Positions 36,336-47,119 of a stretch of 64,000 nucleotides of DNA are shown one piece after another; within the stretch, counting starts at the first letter, position 1; every line of letters starts with the position of its first letter. Source of the stretch: Negaprion brevirostris. Its lineage: Eukaryota. The stretch is from contig JARDVH010000073.1 in assembly GCA_030324005.1 (NCBI GenBank), positions 43,499,373 through 43,563,372 of the forward strand, in the 5' to 3' direction. Below the pieces are notes generated by a model. The model worked only from the letters and a program-made list of their open reading frames with translations, did no database searches and was not told the origin of the DNA. A program made the position numbers and the translations under genes.

Positions 36336-36790
36336 ACATTTTATATAAATCTAGAGCTTAAGCTGCTTTTATCTGATGGAAAATGTTGACTGAAGCAAAT
36401 AATTGGATTTGGCTGGTTTGATTACAAAGAGCTATTCAATGCCCCCAATCTGGTAAGGTTACCAGCACAAGTGAGGGGCGATAAACAATGCCACCTCACT
36501 CTTTCCGTTGCTTAGCCCGAAAATCAATGATAACCTTAATTTCTAAGGGTAAAGCTGATAACCTGGAGATATGTAGCCTTCTTCAATTGATGCTTCATCC
36601 ATGTTTGGTCTTAAACTCCCCTGCCTGGTTGGAAGATAGTTTTGCAATGAAATTAATGGAAGTGTTCTATTTTCAGTTTTTCAATATCTGTCCATTATCA
36701 TAATTATACATTACTCCAAAAGCCAAATGCGTGTGCAAGGCACATGGTAATGGGAGAGGGAGGTCATTGTGATTAGCAAGTTGACGTTAT

Positions 36791-37642
36791 GTGTGGAATT
36801 TTCTGAGAAAAATTCTAAGTGTCCAGCTAGCATGAAAATGGGAGAGTTGCAGATCTGTTTTTCGGATGAGTTTTTACACCCAATCTTGTGCACAGTGCAT
36901 GGAAAAAATGGGCTGGACTGTTTCTAGCTACCAGAGGCAGCGGGTGGGGCTTAATTTACTACTCAGCGGCAGAGGGAGCTATTGCGCATGTGCAGACCTC
37001 TGTGGTTGCTCATTCACAATTCCAACAGCAGAGGAGCTATTGATCACATGCAGATTTATGTGGCTGCACATGCGCAATTCTAGCAGAAGGTTGACAGAGA
37101 GATGGAGACCTACCAGGCCAGTGCTGTTGGAAGTAGCCTGAACCAACCCCCAATCTCACGGGGCAATCGCGGGGCACCAAACTGATAGCAAACTCTGTAT
37201 CACCTGAAAAGGTAACCCAAGCCGTTTCCCCACCCCACCCCTGCTTTCAGACCTATTGTGCCCCCCTCACTCACTGTCCCCACAATCAGAACTGCAGAGT
37301 GCGTAGCGGCCCCTTCTTGCTCCCCGATCAGGTTGCCCCTAGCCTGGCCCTGACCACTCCAGGTCCTGCCCCTCCAGGACCAGAACCTCTCCCGATGAGA
37401 CCATGAATGCAAGTGAGCCTGGACGATTAAACACTAGGCTCACTAATGCCATGTAAATCAGCATTAGAATAAACTTAATTAAACTATTCAGCTTCTTGAT
37501 GGAAATGAGAGGTTGACCTTGCTGGTAATCCGATCCCAGTAAGATCACAAGAGCCGAGAAATTGGGCACAATCCTGCTTTTACCAATTTTACCCACTCAC
37601 TCTGCCCATTGGTGGGTGGGGCAAACCAGTAAAATTCCGCCC
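36791..37642. mobile_element. GC-rich MITE, same family as 30929
   Basis: Ends gtgtggaatttt / aaaattccgccc. Shares aaaaattctaagtgtc and tgcgcatgtgcag-type motifs. Confidence 0.6.
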
Positions 37643-38041
37643 ATGTCTCAAGCCATACTCCAGGATGCAAATACAACAGCAAAGAAAATTTTGGGATACA
37701 ATGTTTGAGTAATTTGAGACATGGCATGTGGTAAATGCATCATGCCAAAAAGGAAAAAGGCAACTTTTGACCTCTGGTTCTCATGACTCTCCACCTCAGG
37801 ATTATTTTTTGCATCCTGTGTTGAATCTGCTGTGAACTAACAGTTGATAGAGATCGATTACTTTGATTAGTCAAGAACTCCATTATCATTGTATCATGCA
37901 ATTGTAGGATATTAGAAGGCAAACTAGATGGACATAGCAAATGCTAGACAAAAAAAAAGTTCCCCTGTACATGTTCTGATTTGGCACTTCAGATTTGCAT
38001 TGAAATTATAACACATTAAACAGGCCATTCAGCCCAACATT

Positions 38042-39003
38042 CTGAGATGGTATTCACTCTCTACGTGAGCAATCACCCTAATCACAGATTGCTGTCTTGT
38101 TCCTTTAATTCCTTATTCTTTCAGCTTTCAGCCACTTAATTGACCAGTCTTGAATAATGGGCAGGATCTTTAGCCTGCATTTGCCATCTGCAGGATCAAT
38201 GTCAGGGATCAAGATCCAGCAAAACCCAGAAGTCGTGACTCTCGCTGATTAGATTGTGACTTCCAATTTTTGCCGTTCCTCACTGGTGATGTAATCAGGT
38301 TCACATCCAAAATGGGCAAGAACCTGACTGACATCAGTCGTTTTAATATATTTTCACATCATTAGAGACTCCCCTGCCAGATGTTGAGCCCCAGTGTATT
38401 TTTCAGCCATGTCAATGTGAGCCCAAGGTCTCCATAGTGGGGTTGGAGTGGGGTGGGGGGTTATTTTTTGGGCTGAGCTGGACACTCTGATCTCAGTGCA
38501 GTTGGGATTTGCAGGCTTGTTGAGGCCCCACACCCGCTAGATGATGGCATGAAAATTGCCCACCTATTTTTTGGTGGCAGAGTGTGGTAAGATCTGGAGA
38601 GGAAAGGAAACACACCATTCTTCTCGCCGGAACCAACACACTGCTGTTTTTTGGTAAGATTCCTCCCAATGACTTGTTGAATGAATTTAGGGTTTGTAAC
38701 TAAAGCAGTCTCAGAAACCTCTGTGCAAAACAGTCCCTCCTTATCTCTGTTCTAAATCTTAGTTAACTTTATATCTACATCATCTTGTTCTAGATACCTC
38801 ATTCTTCTGATATCTAACTGCAACTTGAGTAACAAAAAAAAAGTTGAAAAGAACAAATTTATTCAATTTCTCCAGGGTTTCTGCCCATTATTCAAGACTG
38901 GACAGATAAGTGGCTGAAAGCTGGAAGAGTAAGGAATTAAAGGAACAAGACAGCAATGTGTGATTACGATTATTGCTCATGTAGAGAGTGAATACCATCT
39001 CAG
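38042..39003. repeat. 123-bp inverted duplication (arms 38042-38164 and 38881-39003)
   Basis: ctgagatggtattcactctctac...ccagtcttgaataatgggcag versus its reverse complement ctgcccattattcaagactgg...gtagagagtgaataccatctcag, about 90% identical by eye. Confidence 0.9.
38159..38667. mobile_element. Harbinger-like MITE with 3-bp TSD (AAT), inserted in an old minus-strand CR1 tail
   Basis: aat|gggcaggatctttagc ... ggtaagattcctccc|aat. The CR1-like sequence resumes after 38670. Confidence 0.6.
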
Positions 39004-39125
39004 TTGGATATCAGGAAAAGCTTCATACAAATTATCGGGATCTGATTTCACACACAGTCTCATCTTCTCATACACTTAAACTCCTGTCAGATCAATCCTT
39101 AATCTCCTCTGCTCTAACAAAACAA

Positions 39126-39300
39126 AAAGTCTCACAACACCAAGTTAAAGTCCAACAGATTTATTTGGCAGCACAGGCTTTCGGAGTCTCATCCTTCCTC
39201 AGGTGAGTGACTCAGTCCAAACCTGTTGGGCTTTAACCTGGTATTGTGAGACTTTTTACTGTGCTTACCCCAGTTCAACGCCAGCATCTCCACATCATGG
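39126..39300. mobile_element. Penelope pLTR-derived fold-back mini-element flanked by a 12-bp direct repeat
   Basis: Inverted arms ~39125-39162 and ~39219-39256. ctaacaaaacaa occurs at 39114-39125 and 39301-39312. A hammerhead-like core lies between the arms. Confidence 0.75.
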
Positions 39301-39826
39301 CTAACAAAACAAGCCACAGTTTTTGAATCTTCCTCACATTTGTATTTTATCATATTATCCTGTAAACTCAACAGTAAGTCTCACTCTAAGGCAATATAGG
39401 TCAGATATTAAAGCTACAACATTATACAATTGATTCTTCAAACTGTGCTGTCTTTGATTCTGATTCCTGGCTGGGAGCTGAGGGAACATATATGCGGTTC
39501 TTCACATTAAGTGCTATAGTCAGGATGTATTCTAAGCCACAGTCCAATAATGGGCACTTTATAAATAGAATATGATGTTGGAATGGGGAGTGTGAACTAT
39601 GGTCTCCGTATTTGCAATAGCAGTCCTTTTCAAATTAAAGATTTTCACATTCAAAAGAACTATGGAGAGATGCAAGATCATTTTTAATACAAGCCCTTAC
39701 CTTCTCAGAATTGTCTCCATTAAACAAAAGTAAAATTAAAATTGCATTCTGTTTTCATCTTAAGAAGCAAACACTCAACATAAATCACAAAGAAACTATT
39801 AAAAAAAAGAAAGTGATGTCACTCAC

Positions 39827-39952
39827 CCAGGCAGTTATGGCCGTCATGTGCCAACATAAAGCCATCGTAACAAGTGCATCTGTAGTTGCCTGGAATGTTG
39901 ATACACTCATGAACACAGCCGCCATTGTAGTCATTGTCACATTCATCAATGT
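39827..39952 (-). CDS. SCUBE1: SCUBE1-like coding exon (probably exon 3), second calcium-binding EGF-like domain
   Basis: Translates as (D)[41 protein letters not shown] within ORF 39819..40019. Acceptor tctttcag|AC, donor CTGG|gtgagt, 126 bp, phase 1-1. Splices in frame to the 62990-63112 exon (..QCE-G|AC = Asp). Confidence 0.93.
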
Positions 39953-41169
39953 CTGAAAGACAGTTAGCAAGACATACTTCAGTAAGGGCACAAGACACTC
40001 TGGAAGGCATCAAACACAAAAGTAAGGTAGTTGGTGGTGATGAAGACAGGCACCATAGAGAAGGTATTTGTTAGTCTCAGTGAAGCTGGGTTTCCCATTC
40101 AAGAATACAAACAAACTTACAGCAAACATCACAAGCAAGTGCACGGCTGTGGAAAATAAGAATGAGAAAAAGGTTAAAGTTCAGGATGAGGGAACAGTCA
40201 AAAAAAGTCCACAGCTCTGTGGGAAAAACTATTGAAGATCTAGTCATTTAAAAAAAAGTAAACCTATCAGTAGTTTAAAAACAAAAGCAGAAAAGAATCT
40301 GAATGTAGATGCCTGAAAATAAAATTTCAATTTATTTGATTAAACTTGTCCTCTGTAACATATAACATTAAAATTACTGTTCACAATATTAGCTGAATAT
40401 TTAATAGATTAGCAATGGCAGTTTAAACCCAATTATTTTAAGCATCTGATGTTCTTCACTAAAATAATACATCATATGAACAAGGATAGAATTGTCTGCT
40501 ACTAACCCTTCAATATCAGAAGTGCCATTTGTAAAAGGCCCATCACTAAAACCCAACCTGAGTTGGAGCCCAAAAACATGGCATCCAAACTTGTTTGAAA
40601 AAAGAGATAATTAACTAATTAGTCAGCCATTTTCTTCAAAAGCACCATTGTCAGTTTATGAGACCTGTCAAAACCAGAAATCACAGGAAAGGCCTTTATC
40701 TCCGAGCGAACAGTGACACCATCTTGAAGTTTAGACAGCTCTTAAAGCTACACATATGCTTTAAAAAATTTTAACATGGATCACAATTTCACACATTCAA
40801 GTCAATCAGGACTCATCCAAGGCCCAGAGCATTCAAAATTGGGGTCTTCTGAGGAAAGGATTCTGAAGTTATAGCATCGCTTCAGGTTTGAATAAAAAGT
40901 TAGAACACCTGCATGCAAAGGAAAATCCAAACCTGGGACCTATACTCCAGATAGTTAGATAGTCAGAGCAGCACAGAACAATATTATGGGTAGCGAGTAA
41001 ACATTGTACAGAGGCCAACCCTCAGTCTAGCTAGTTAAGCAACAACCACACTGGGACAGAAAGTCAGAAAAAGCAATACCAGGCCAGGCTGGCAGTGTGA
41101 CCATACCAATGCTGTGGAGCGAAGCATCCTCACAGGTGACATCAGTGTCTTAGTTACCAGTGTTTACGT

Positions 41170-41474
41170 TTTTAAGTTTATTTATAGTGTCACAAGTAGG
41201 TTTACATTAACTCGGCAATGAAATTATTGTGAAAACCCCCTAGTCACCACACTCTGGCAGTTGTTCGAATACATTGAGGGAGAATTTAGCATGGGAAATG
41301 CACCTAACCAGCATGTCTTTCAGACTGTGGGACGAAACTGGAGCACTCTGAGGAACCAATGCAGACGCAGGGAGAATGTACAGACTCCGCACAGATAAGT
41401 GACCCGACCCAGGAATGGAACCCAGGTCCCTGATGCTGTGAGGCAGCAGTGCTAACCACTAAGCCACCATGCCA
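41170..41474 (-). mobile_element. HE1-like V-SINE with the alternative tail
   Basis: tttatttatagtgtcacaagtaggtttacattaac...gtgaaaaccccctagtcaccacactctgg followed by the reversed HE1 core and head. Confidence 0.85.
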
Positions 41475-41814
41475 CTCCCAAGTGCAGCCCAACGGTACCG
41501 GTTTAACAGGTTAAAAAAAAATCAAAAACCCACGGAAAGCCCAAAGATGATTCTGCAAATTCAAAAGAGACATAGCCATGTTTTTGGATAAAGTCAAAGA
41601 TCTTGATTTCTCATCTTGGACTGTGGACGTTAAAATTAACCCTAACCCTGCATCACACTTCTCCAACAGCTCAGATATTTTAACAGGTGTAACAAAATAC
41701 TACGATTGACAGAGGATGAGGGAGCCATCAAACCAAAAATGCCCCATTCATTTCAACTATCGGTTTCTGATCATTAACCAATCCTCAATCCATGCTGGTA
41801 AAATACCTGCAATC

Positions 41815-42330
41815 CCATGAGTCCTAACTTTATGTAATAAACACTTTTCAAATGCATTTTGAAAATCTAAATACACAACTATATCCACACTACATCCATC
41901 CAACACTTTACACCCTCAAAAAAATTCCAACAAATTTGTCAAACTTAAGTTTCCCTTTCATTGATCCATGTTGGCTCAGAAAATCATAATATGATTACNN
42001 NNNNNNNNNNNNNNNNNNNNNNNNNNNNNNNNNNNNNNNNNNNNNNNNNNNNNNNNNNNNNNNNNNNNNNNNNNNNNNNNNNNNNNNNNNNNNNNNNNTA
42101 ACAGATTCCAGCATTTTGCCTACCACTGATAGCACACTGAATGGCAGATAATTCCCCTTTTTCACTCTTACTCCATTCTGAAATAATGAGGTTATGTTTG
42201 CTACCTTCCAATCCTTGGGTTGTGCTATAGAATCTAAAAGTCAAAATCAAAACTAATACGTCCACTAACTCTGCATCTACCTCTTTTAAAACTCCTGGGT
42301 GTAGGGATTTGTCACCACTTACTCCCATTA
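41815..42330 (-). mobile_element. Degenerate CR1 RT fragment
   Basis: The minus strand gives DKSLHPGVLKEVDAELVD (ORF 41984), and aatgcattttgaaaatctaaatacac is a reverse VYLDFQNAF motif. Confidence 0.6.
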
Positions 42331-42499
42331 ATTTACTTTCATCAAAGTTTACAGCACAGATGGAGGTTGTTCAGCTCATCAAGTCTATGCCAGAACAAGG
42401 CCTATTTCTTCATTTTTACTGATTTCCTCATTCTTGCTGGTTCCTATTGTTTACAGAATTTTTGTGTGTCTTGTCCGTGAAGACAGATGCAAAACACGG

Positions 42500-42890
42500 T
42501 GATCCTGCTGTGCTGTTCTAGCTGATTTCAATATTTAAAATCTAATTTTAATATCATTAGCTGGTCCAGGACTGAAGTCTCTAGGCCTGCTAGCCTCTTC
42601 CCCACTACCCAATTCCCCAGGAGGTTGAGGGTGAGAGGGAGGCTGCCCTCAGGCATTGCCTGCCTGTTGGTGGCAGACATGCCCCTCTGGCACTGCCCAG
42701 GGAGACACTTTGGCATTGTCCACCATGTATTGAGGGTGGCAGTCCCAAGGGGGTGGGGCAATCAGCAGGAATGGGGAGGCCCACTGCCATTCTGCAGTCA
42801 GGATCTGTGACAGAGGAAGGAAATGGGTTGATTGGGCTGGCCATCAGGTGGGGTTAGGCAATCTGGACTGCAGGGGTGGTGGGAGTTAGT
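42500..42890. mobile_element. GC-rich MITE internal fragment
   Basis: tggcactgcccaggg / ggcagtccc motifs are shared with the interior of 30929-31832. Confidence 0.4.
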
Positions 42891-43024
42891 ACTTTGTCTA
42901 GCCTAGTTGCTATATAATCCTTCTCAATACTCTTGTCCTCAAGTGCTTTCTTGATCCTTGGTCAACTGTCTACCTAAATATTTGCTAGCTCACCAAAATG
43001 TTGAAAGAGGAGAGACAAAAAAGG

Positions 43025-43970
43025 GAAGTGGGCTGACAAATGGCAGATGGAGTTTAATTTAGACAAATGTGAGGTGATGCATTTTGGTAAATTGAACCAG
43101 GGCAGNNNNNNNNNNNNNNNNNNNNNNNNNNNNNNNNNNNNNNNNNNNNNNNNNNNNNNNNNNNNNNNNNNNNNNNNNNNNNNNNNNNNNNNNNNNNNNN
43201 NNNNNNNNNNNNNNNNNNNNNNNNNNNNNNNNNNNNNNNNNNNNNNNNNNNNNNNNNNNNNNNNNNNNNNNNNNNNNNNNNNNNNNNNNNNNNNNNNNNN
43301 NNNNNNNNNNNNNNNNNNNNNNNNNNNNNNNNNNNNNNNNNNNNNNNNNNNNNNNNNNNNNNNNNNNNNNNNNNNNNNNNNNNNNNNNNNNNNNNNNNNN
43401 NNNNNNNNNNNNNNNNNNNNNNNNNNNNNNNNNNNNNNNNNNNNNNNNNNNNNNNNNNNNNNNNNNNNNNNNNNNNNNNNNNNNNNNNNNNNNNNNNNNN
43501 NNNNNNNNNNNNNNNNNNNNNNNNNNNNNNNNNNNNNNNNNNNNNNNNNNNNNNNNNNNNNNNNNNNNNNNNNNNNNNNNNNNNNNNNNNNNNNNNNNNN
43601 NNNNNNNNNNNNNNNNNNNNNNNNNNNNNNNNNNNNNNNNNATAGTCAATATCTTTTCCCAAAGGTAGGGGAGTCTAAAACTAGAGGGCAAAGGTTTAAG
43701 GTGAGAGGGGAGAGATACAAAAGTGTCCAGAGGGGCAATTTTTTCACACAGAGGGTGGTGGGTGTCTGGAACAAGCTGCCAGAGGTAGTAGTAGAGGCGG
43801 GTACAATTTTGTCTTTTAAAAAGCATTTGGACAGTTACATGGGTACAATGATATAGAGGGATATGGGCCAAATGTGAGCAACTGGAATTAGCTTAGGGGC
43901 TTTTAAAAAAAAAGGGCAGCAAGGACAAGTTGGGCCAAAGGGCCTGTTTCCATGCTGAGAGCATGCTGAG
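43025..43970 (+). mobile_element. CR1 LINE 3' fragment (spans gap)
   Basis: MEFNLDKCEVMHFG...LFPKVGESKTRGQRFKVRGERY...NFFTQRVVGVWNKLPEVVVEAGT, then tail gggccaaagggcctgtttccatgctg. A second CR1 tail follows to ~44080. Confidence 0.9.
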
Positions 43971-44084
43971 AGACTATGAGCCAAGTGCTGGTAAATGGGA
44001 TTAATGGAAGTTCAGATGTTTCTTGTGTGTTGATGGAGACACAATGGGCCGAAGGGTCTCTTCTGCACCATATGATTCTGATTT

Positions 44085-44300
44085 ACTTTTATAATGTGGC
44101 CAAACATGCAGCCAATGTATAATCAGAAACAGCAACAAATGAGACAAATGACAAGTTAGTTCATCTATTTTGTTGATGTTGATGTTGATGTTGATTGAAG
44201 GAAGATGTTCACCAAGAAATGAGGAAAGCTTCCTCACACTCATAATTCCAGGAATTTATTCACTTATTTATTTCACCAACCTGAACAGGCAAAGGTTTTG
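44085..44300 (-). mobile_element. Decayed DeuSINE-like fragment
   Basis: aatgtggccaaacatgcagccaat...aaacagcaa...gttgattgaaggaagatgttcaccaagaa resembles the reverse of the 9553 copy. Confidence 0.45.
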
Positions 44301-46009
44301 TCGAGAACAGAGAATTAAAATTAGAATGTAGTGGAAAAACAGAAAAATCTAGGGGTACAGATATACAGATCTTTAAAAGCAAGGTTTTAGGTGTAAAAAA
44401 AACGCAGCAAGGATAAAATTGGGTTTGGGGTTTCAGACACACAGGGGCTTAATCATGAAAACAAGAAATTGATTCTTGATCTATTCAAGATATTAGTTAA
44501 ATTACAGGCAGAATCATGTATATCTTTGGCTATTGTATTCTATAAAGGATAGGATCACAGAATCACCGGCTATTGAACTCTTCAATCCAGAATCCTGAGA
44601 GATCCCAAACAAGGCTGTGAAGTGGATTTGCATGGCAATTGTTGCAGAATTTAAGGCCTCAGCCTAAAATTGGTTTTATGGTTACACATCTCATTATCAA
44701 ACTTCCTCATATAAAGTCTGGATTAAACATTTTGCATCTAATAAGCTGAATATGTGACACTGAACATATCAAGTGAATCATAGCTGGATTTTATGGGGTA
44801 TTTTGTTTCCCACCCCCTCCACAACTGAACTGTCTTTTGGGAGACTGCTACCCAAAAGGCAGCAGCCCTGTGGTCATTTCTGTGCGTGGCAGGGCGTGAC
44901 TTTTACCCCCATCTGGGGAGGAAGCACCACCTTGAGAGCTAACATTCAATCAGATTGGCTCGTAGCACTGCAATCCTAGCAGTGCCAGATTCAAGAAGTG
45001 CCCATGATTTGGACTAAAGCCAATTCCCAAAGAAGAATAGGTTATGGAGACCAGACTGGAGATGAGCCCAGGATAATCGGCAGGATCTGACTGGCAGACC
45101 CCAGTGAGGGGTGGGATTTGAGAATCCAGGGAGAGGGTTAAAAGGATGAGTGTGACTTAGGAAAGGGCACAGGGAATCCCAAAGTAGGCTCCACCAGCCA
45201 CACTTACCCAACAGCTGATGGGCTACCTGCCTGGCATGGGCCTCCCCTTGCCNNNNNNNNNNNNNNNNNNNNNNNAAGATGAGGTGTTTTACCTATGAAC
45301 AGGACAGGAAAGGGTGGGTAAATGACAAGCAGGCCACATACTGGTTGTGTTATTCTAAATCACATGCTAGTCATCTAGCCAAATGAGCTAGTCAGCCCCC
45401 TGCCCCAAAAGTTACTTTTGTCAATATTAGCTGATTAAGACTCAATTCAGTTTGTATGATATTTCCCTGTAACATTTAAACAGAGATGCTAATCCATTCA
45501 TTTTAAATTAATCAACAGCTCTGCTAAAAGAACAAAGAATACCATATAAATGCACTAAATACGTCTCCACTAATTTCAGCAACAATCATTTCTGGGTTTA
45601 TGAGAGAGAATTGATCAATGTCTGATTCAGTAACATTAAGAGAATAGTTATGGATTTATTGATGAAAAATGTAAACCAGAATATCCTACTAAAAAACAAA
45701 TCATAGAACGCATTAATTTGACAAATAGCAAAGTAGATCAAATGCCAAGATAGAAATAGTAGACAGGAAAAAAATGAGAACAAAATAACAATGTAATCTT
45801 TGAGGTTAGACGACTATAATAAACTCTTTTCAGTTTACGACATCAACTAACTTCTCAATTAAATATAATTCCCAGCTATCCATTATTCTCTAAGTACTCT
45901 CTCAAAGAAACATCATTTAATACCCCATTCACATTGCTATGGAAGTAGTGTTATAATGCAGTCAGGTTCCCAGTGGTCTGGCATTTCAAAAAAAAATCTT
46001 GGAATGCTA

Positions 46010-46270
46010 ACAAGGCTGCCTTTATTGCCCATCAAGAACATGCTTGAGGGCATTACTTATCAACCAAATGGTATAGAACTAAAGTCACATGTAATCCAGG
46101 CCAAAAACGAAAGGTCATTTCCCTTCTCTGAAGAACATTAATGAAACCATTGGTTTTCCAATAATCCAGCAACTTTCATGGTGCTCAACGCATAGTACAA
46201 GATTTATTTAACTCACAATCTGCCTCAGTCTTTAGGTTACTAGTCCAATACCATAACCACAAGACTGCTA
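46010..46270 (-). mobile_element. Decayed SINE family B copy
   Basis: tttattgccca...agtcacatgta..ccagg...atttcccttctctgaagaacattaatgaaacca...ttactagtccaataccataaccact parallels 20949-21293. Confidence 0.55.
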
Positions 46271-47119
46271 TATTTGATTAGTTATAATTATTTGAATCCT
46301 TTGTTGGTCAGAGTGTTCCATGGCTTTTCTCACCATGTTCCACAATCTTCCTCACTCTGAGTAACTAACCTTCATGGTATTTTGTCCTCTGTCGTTCTCT
46401 GTACCAATGTTCTCTTAGAGCTGCTGTTGGATTTGATGACTCTATTTACTCAATAGCAGCAATGTAGACTCACAGCATCATAGCCACCTTTGCAATATCT
46501 CCTCTCCACATACCTCTCACAAGCACTTGATAACATCTTTTTATGCATATTCGCAGCATATTCTATTTTATATTTAATTTGCATGTTTTGACAATTGATC
46601 TTATTGTTGATATCTCAGCATACAAATTTTCCAACTAGGAGCCAATAAGAAGTAGTAATCGAAGAATTCTCTTATCTTCAAGTTCTATAAAATGATCAGA
46701 ATTCCCATTGCACAAATTCTATTTGAATAAATGAAATTAATGTGCACCATCAGGTATTCAAAATTATTTCAATTATACATGGAGGGTCAGTGATTTTAAA
46801 AAAACAATCTCACCTAACTTTTAAAAATGTTTCCAAATGAAACACAGCCATTAACATTGTTCCTGTTGCTTACACAAAACAATTGAGGATTTAGACCAAG
46901 ATTTTCTTGTGCATTCCTGGCATGCCTTGGAGAGAGAAACCCTAATCATAACATGGGACACAATGATAAGAAAATGATCAGATCTTACACCACACAGGAG
47001 TCCGCACTGATAGTATTTACGTGTGATGATAAAGCATTAACATAAACAAGCAAAATTCTAATCTCCAGAGAAACTTTAACGTCAACCAAAAATTAAATAT
47101 ACATGATGCATGCTAATGA

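Noticed and set aside
39711-39991. Overlapping ORFs 39711..39956(+) and 39785..39991(-)
   Set aside because: They are shadow frames of the real EGF exon.
41636-41650. ttaaccctaaccct telomere-like dimer (also at ~24913)
   Set aside because: Only two units, which is expected by chance.
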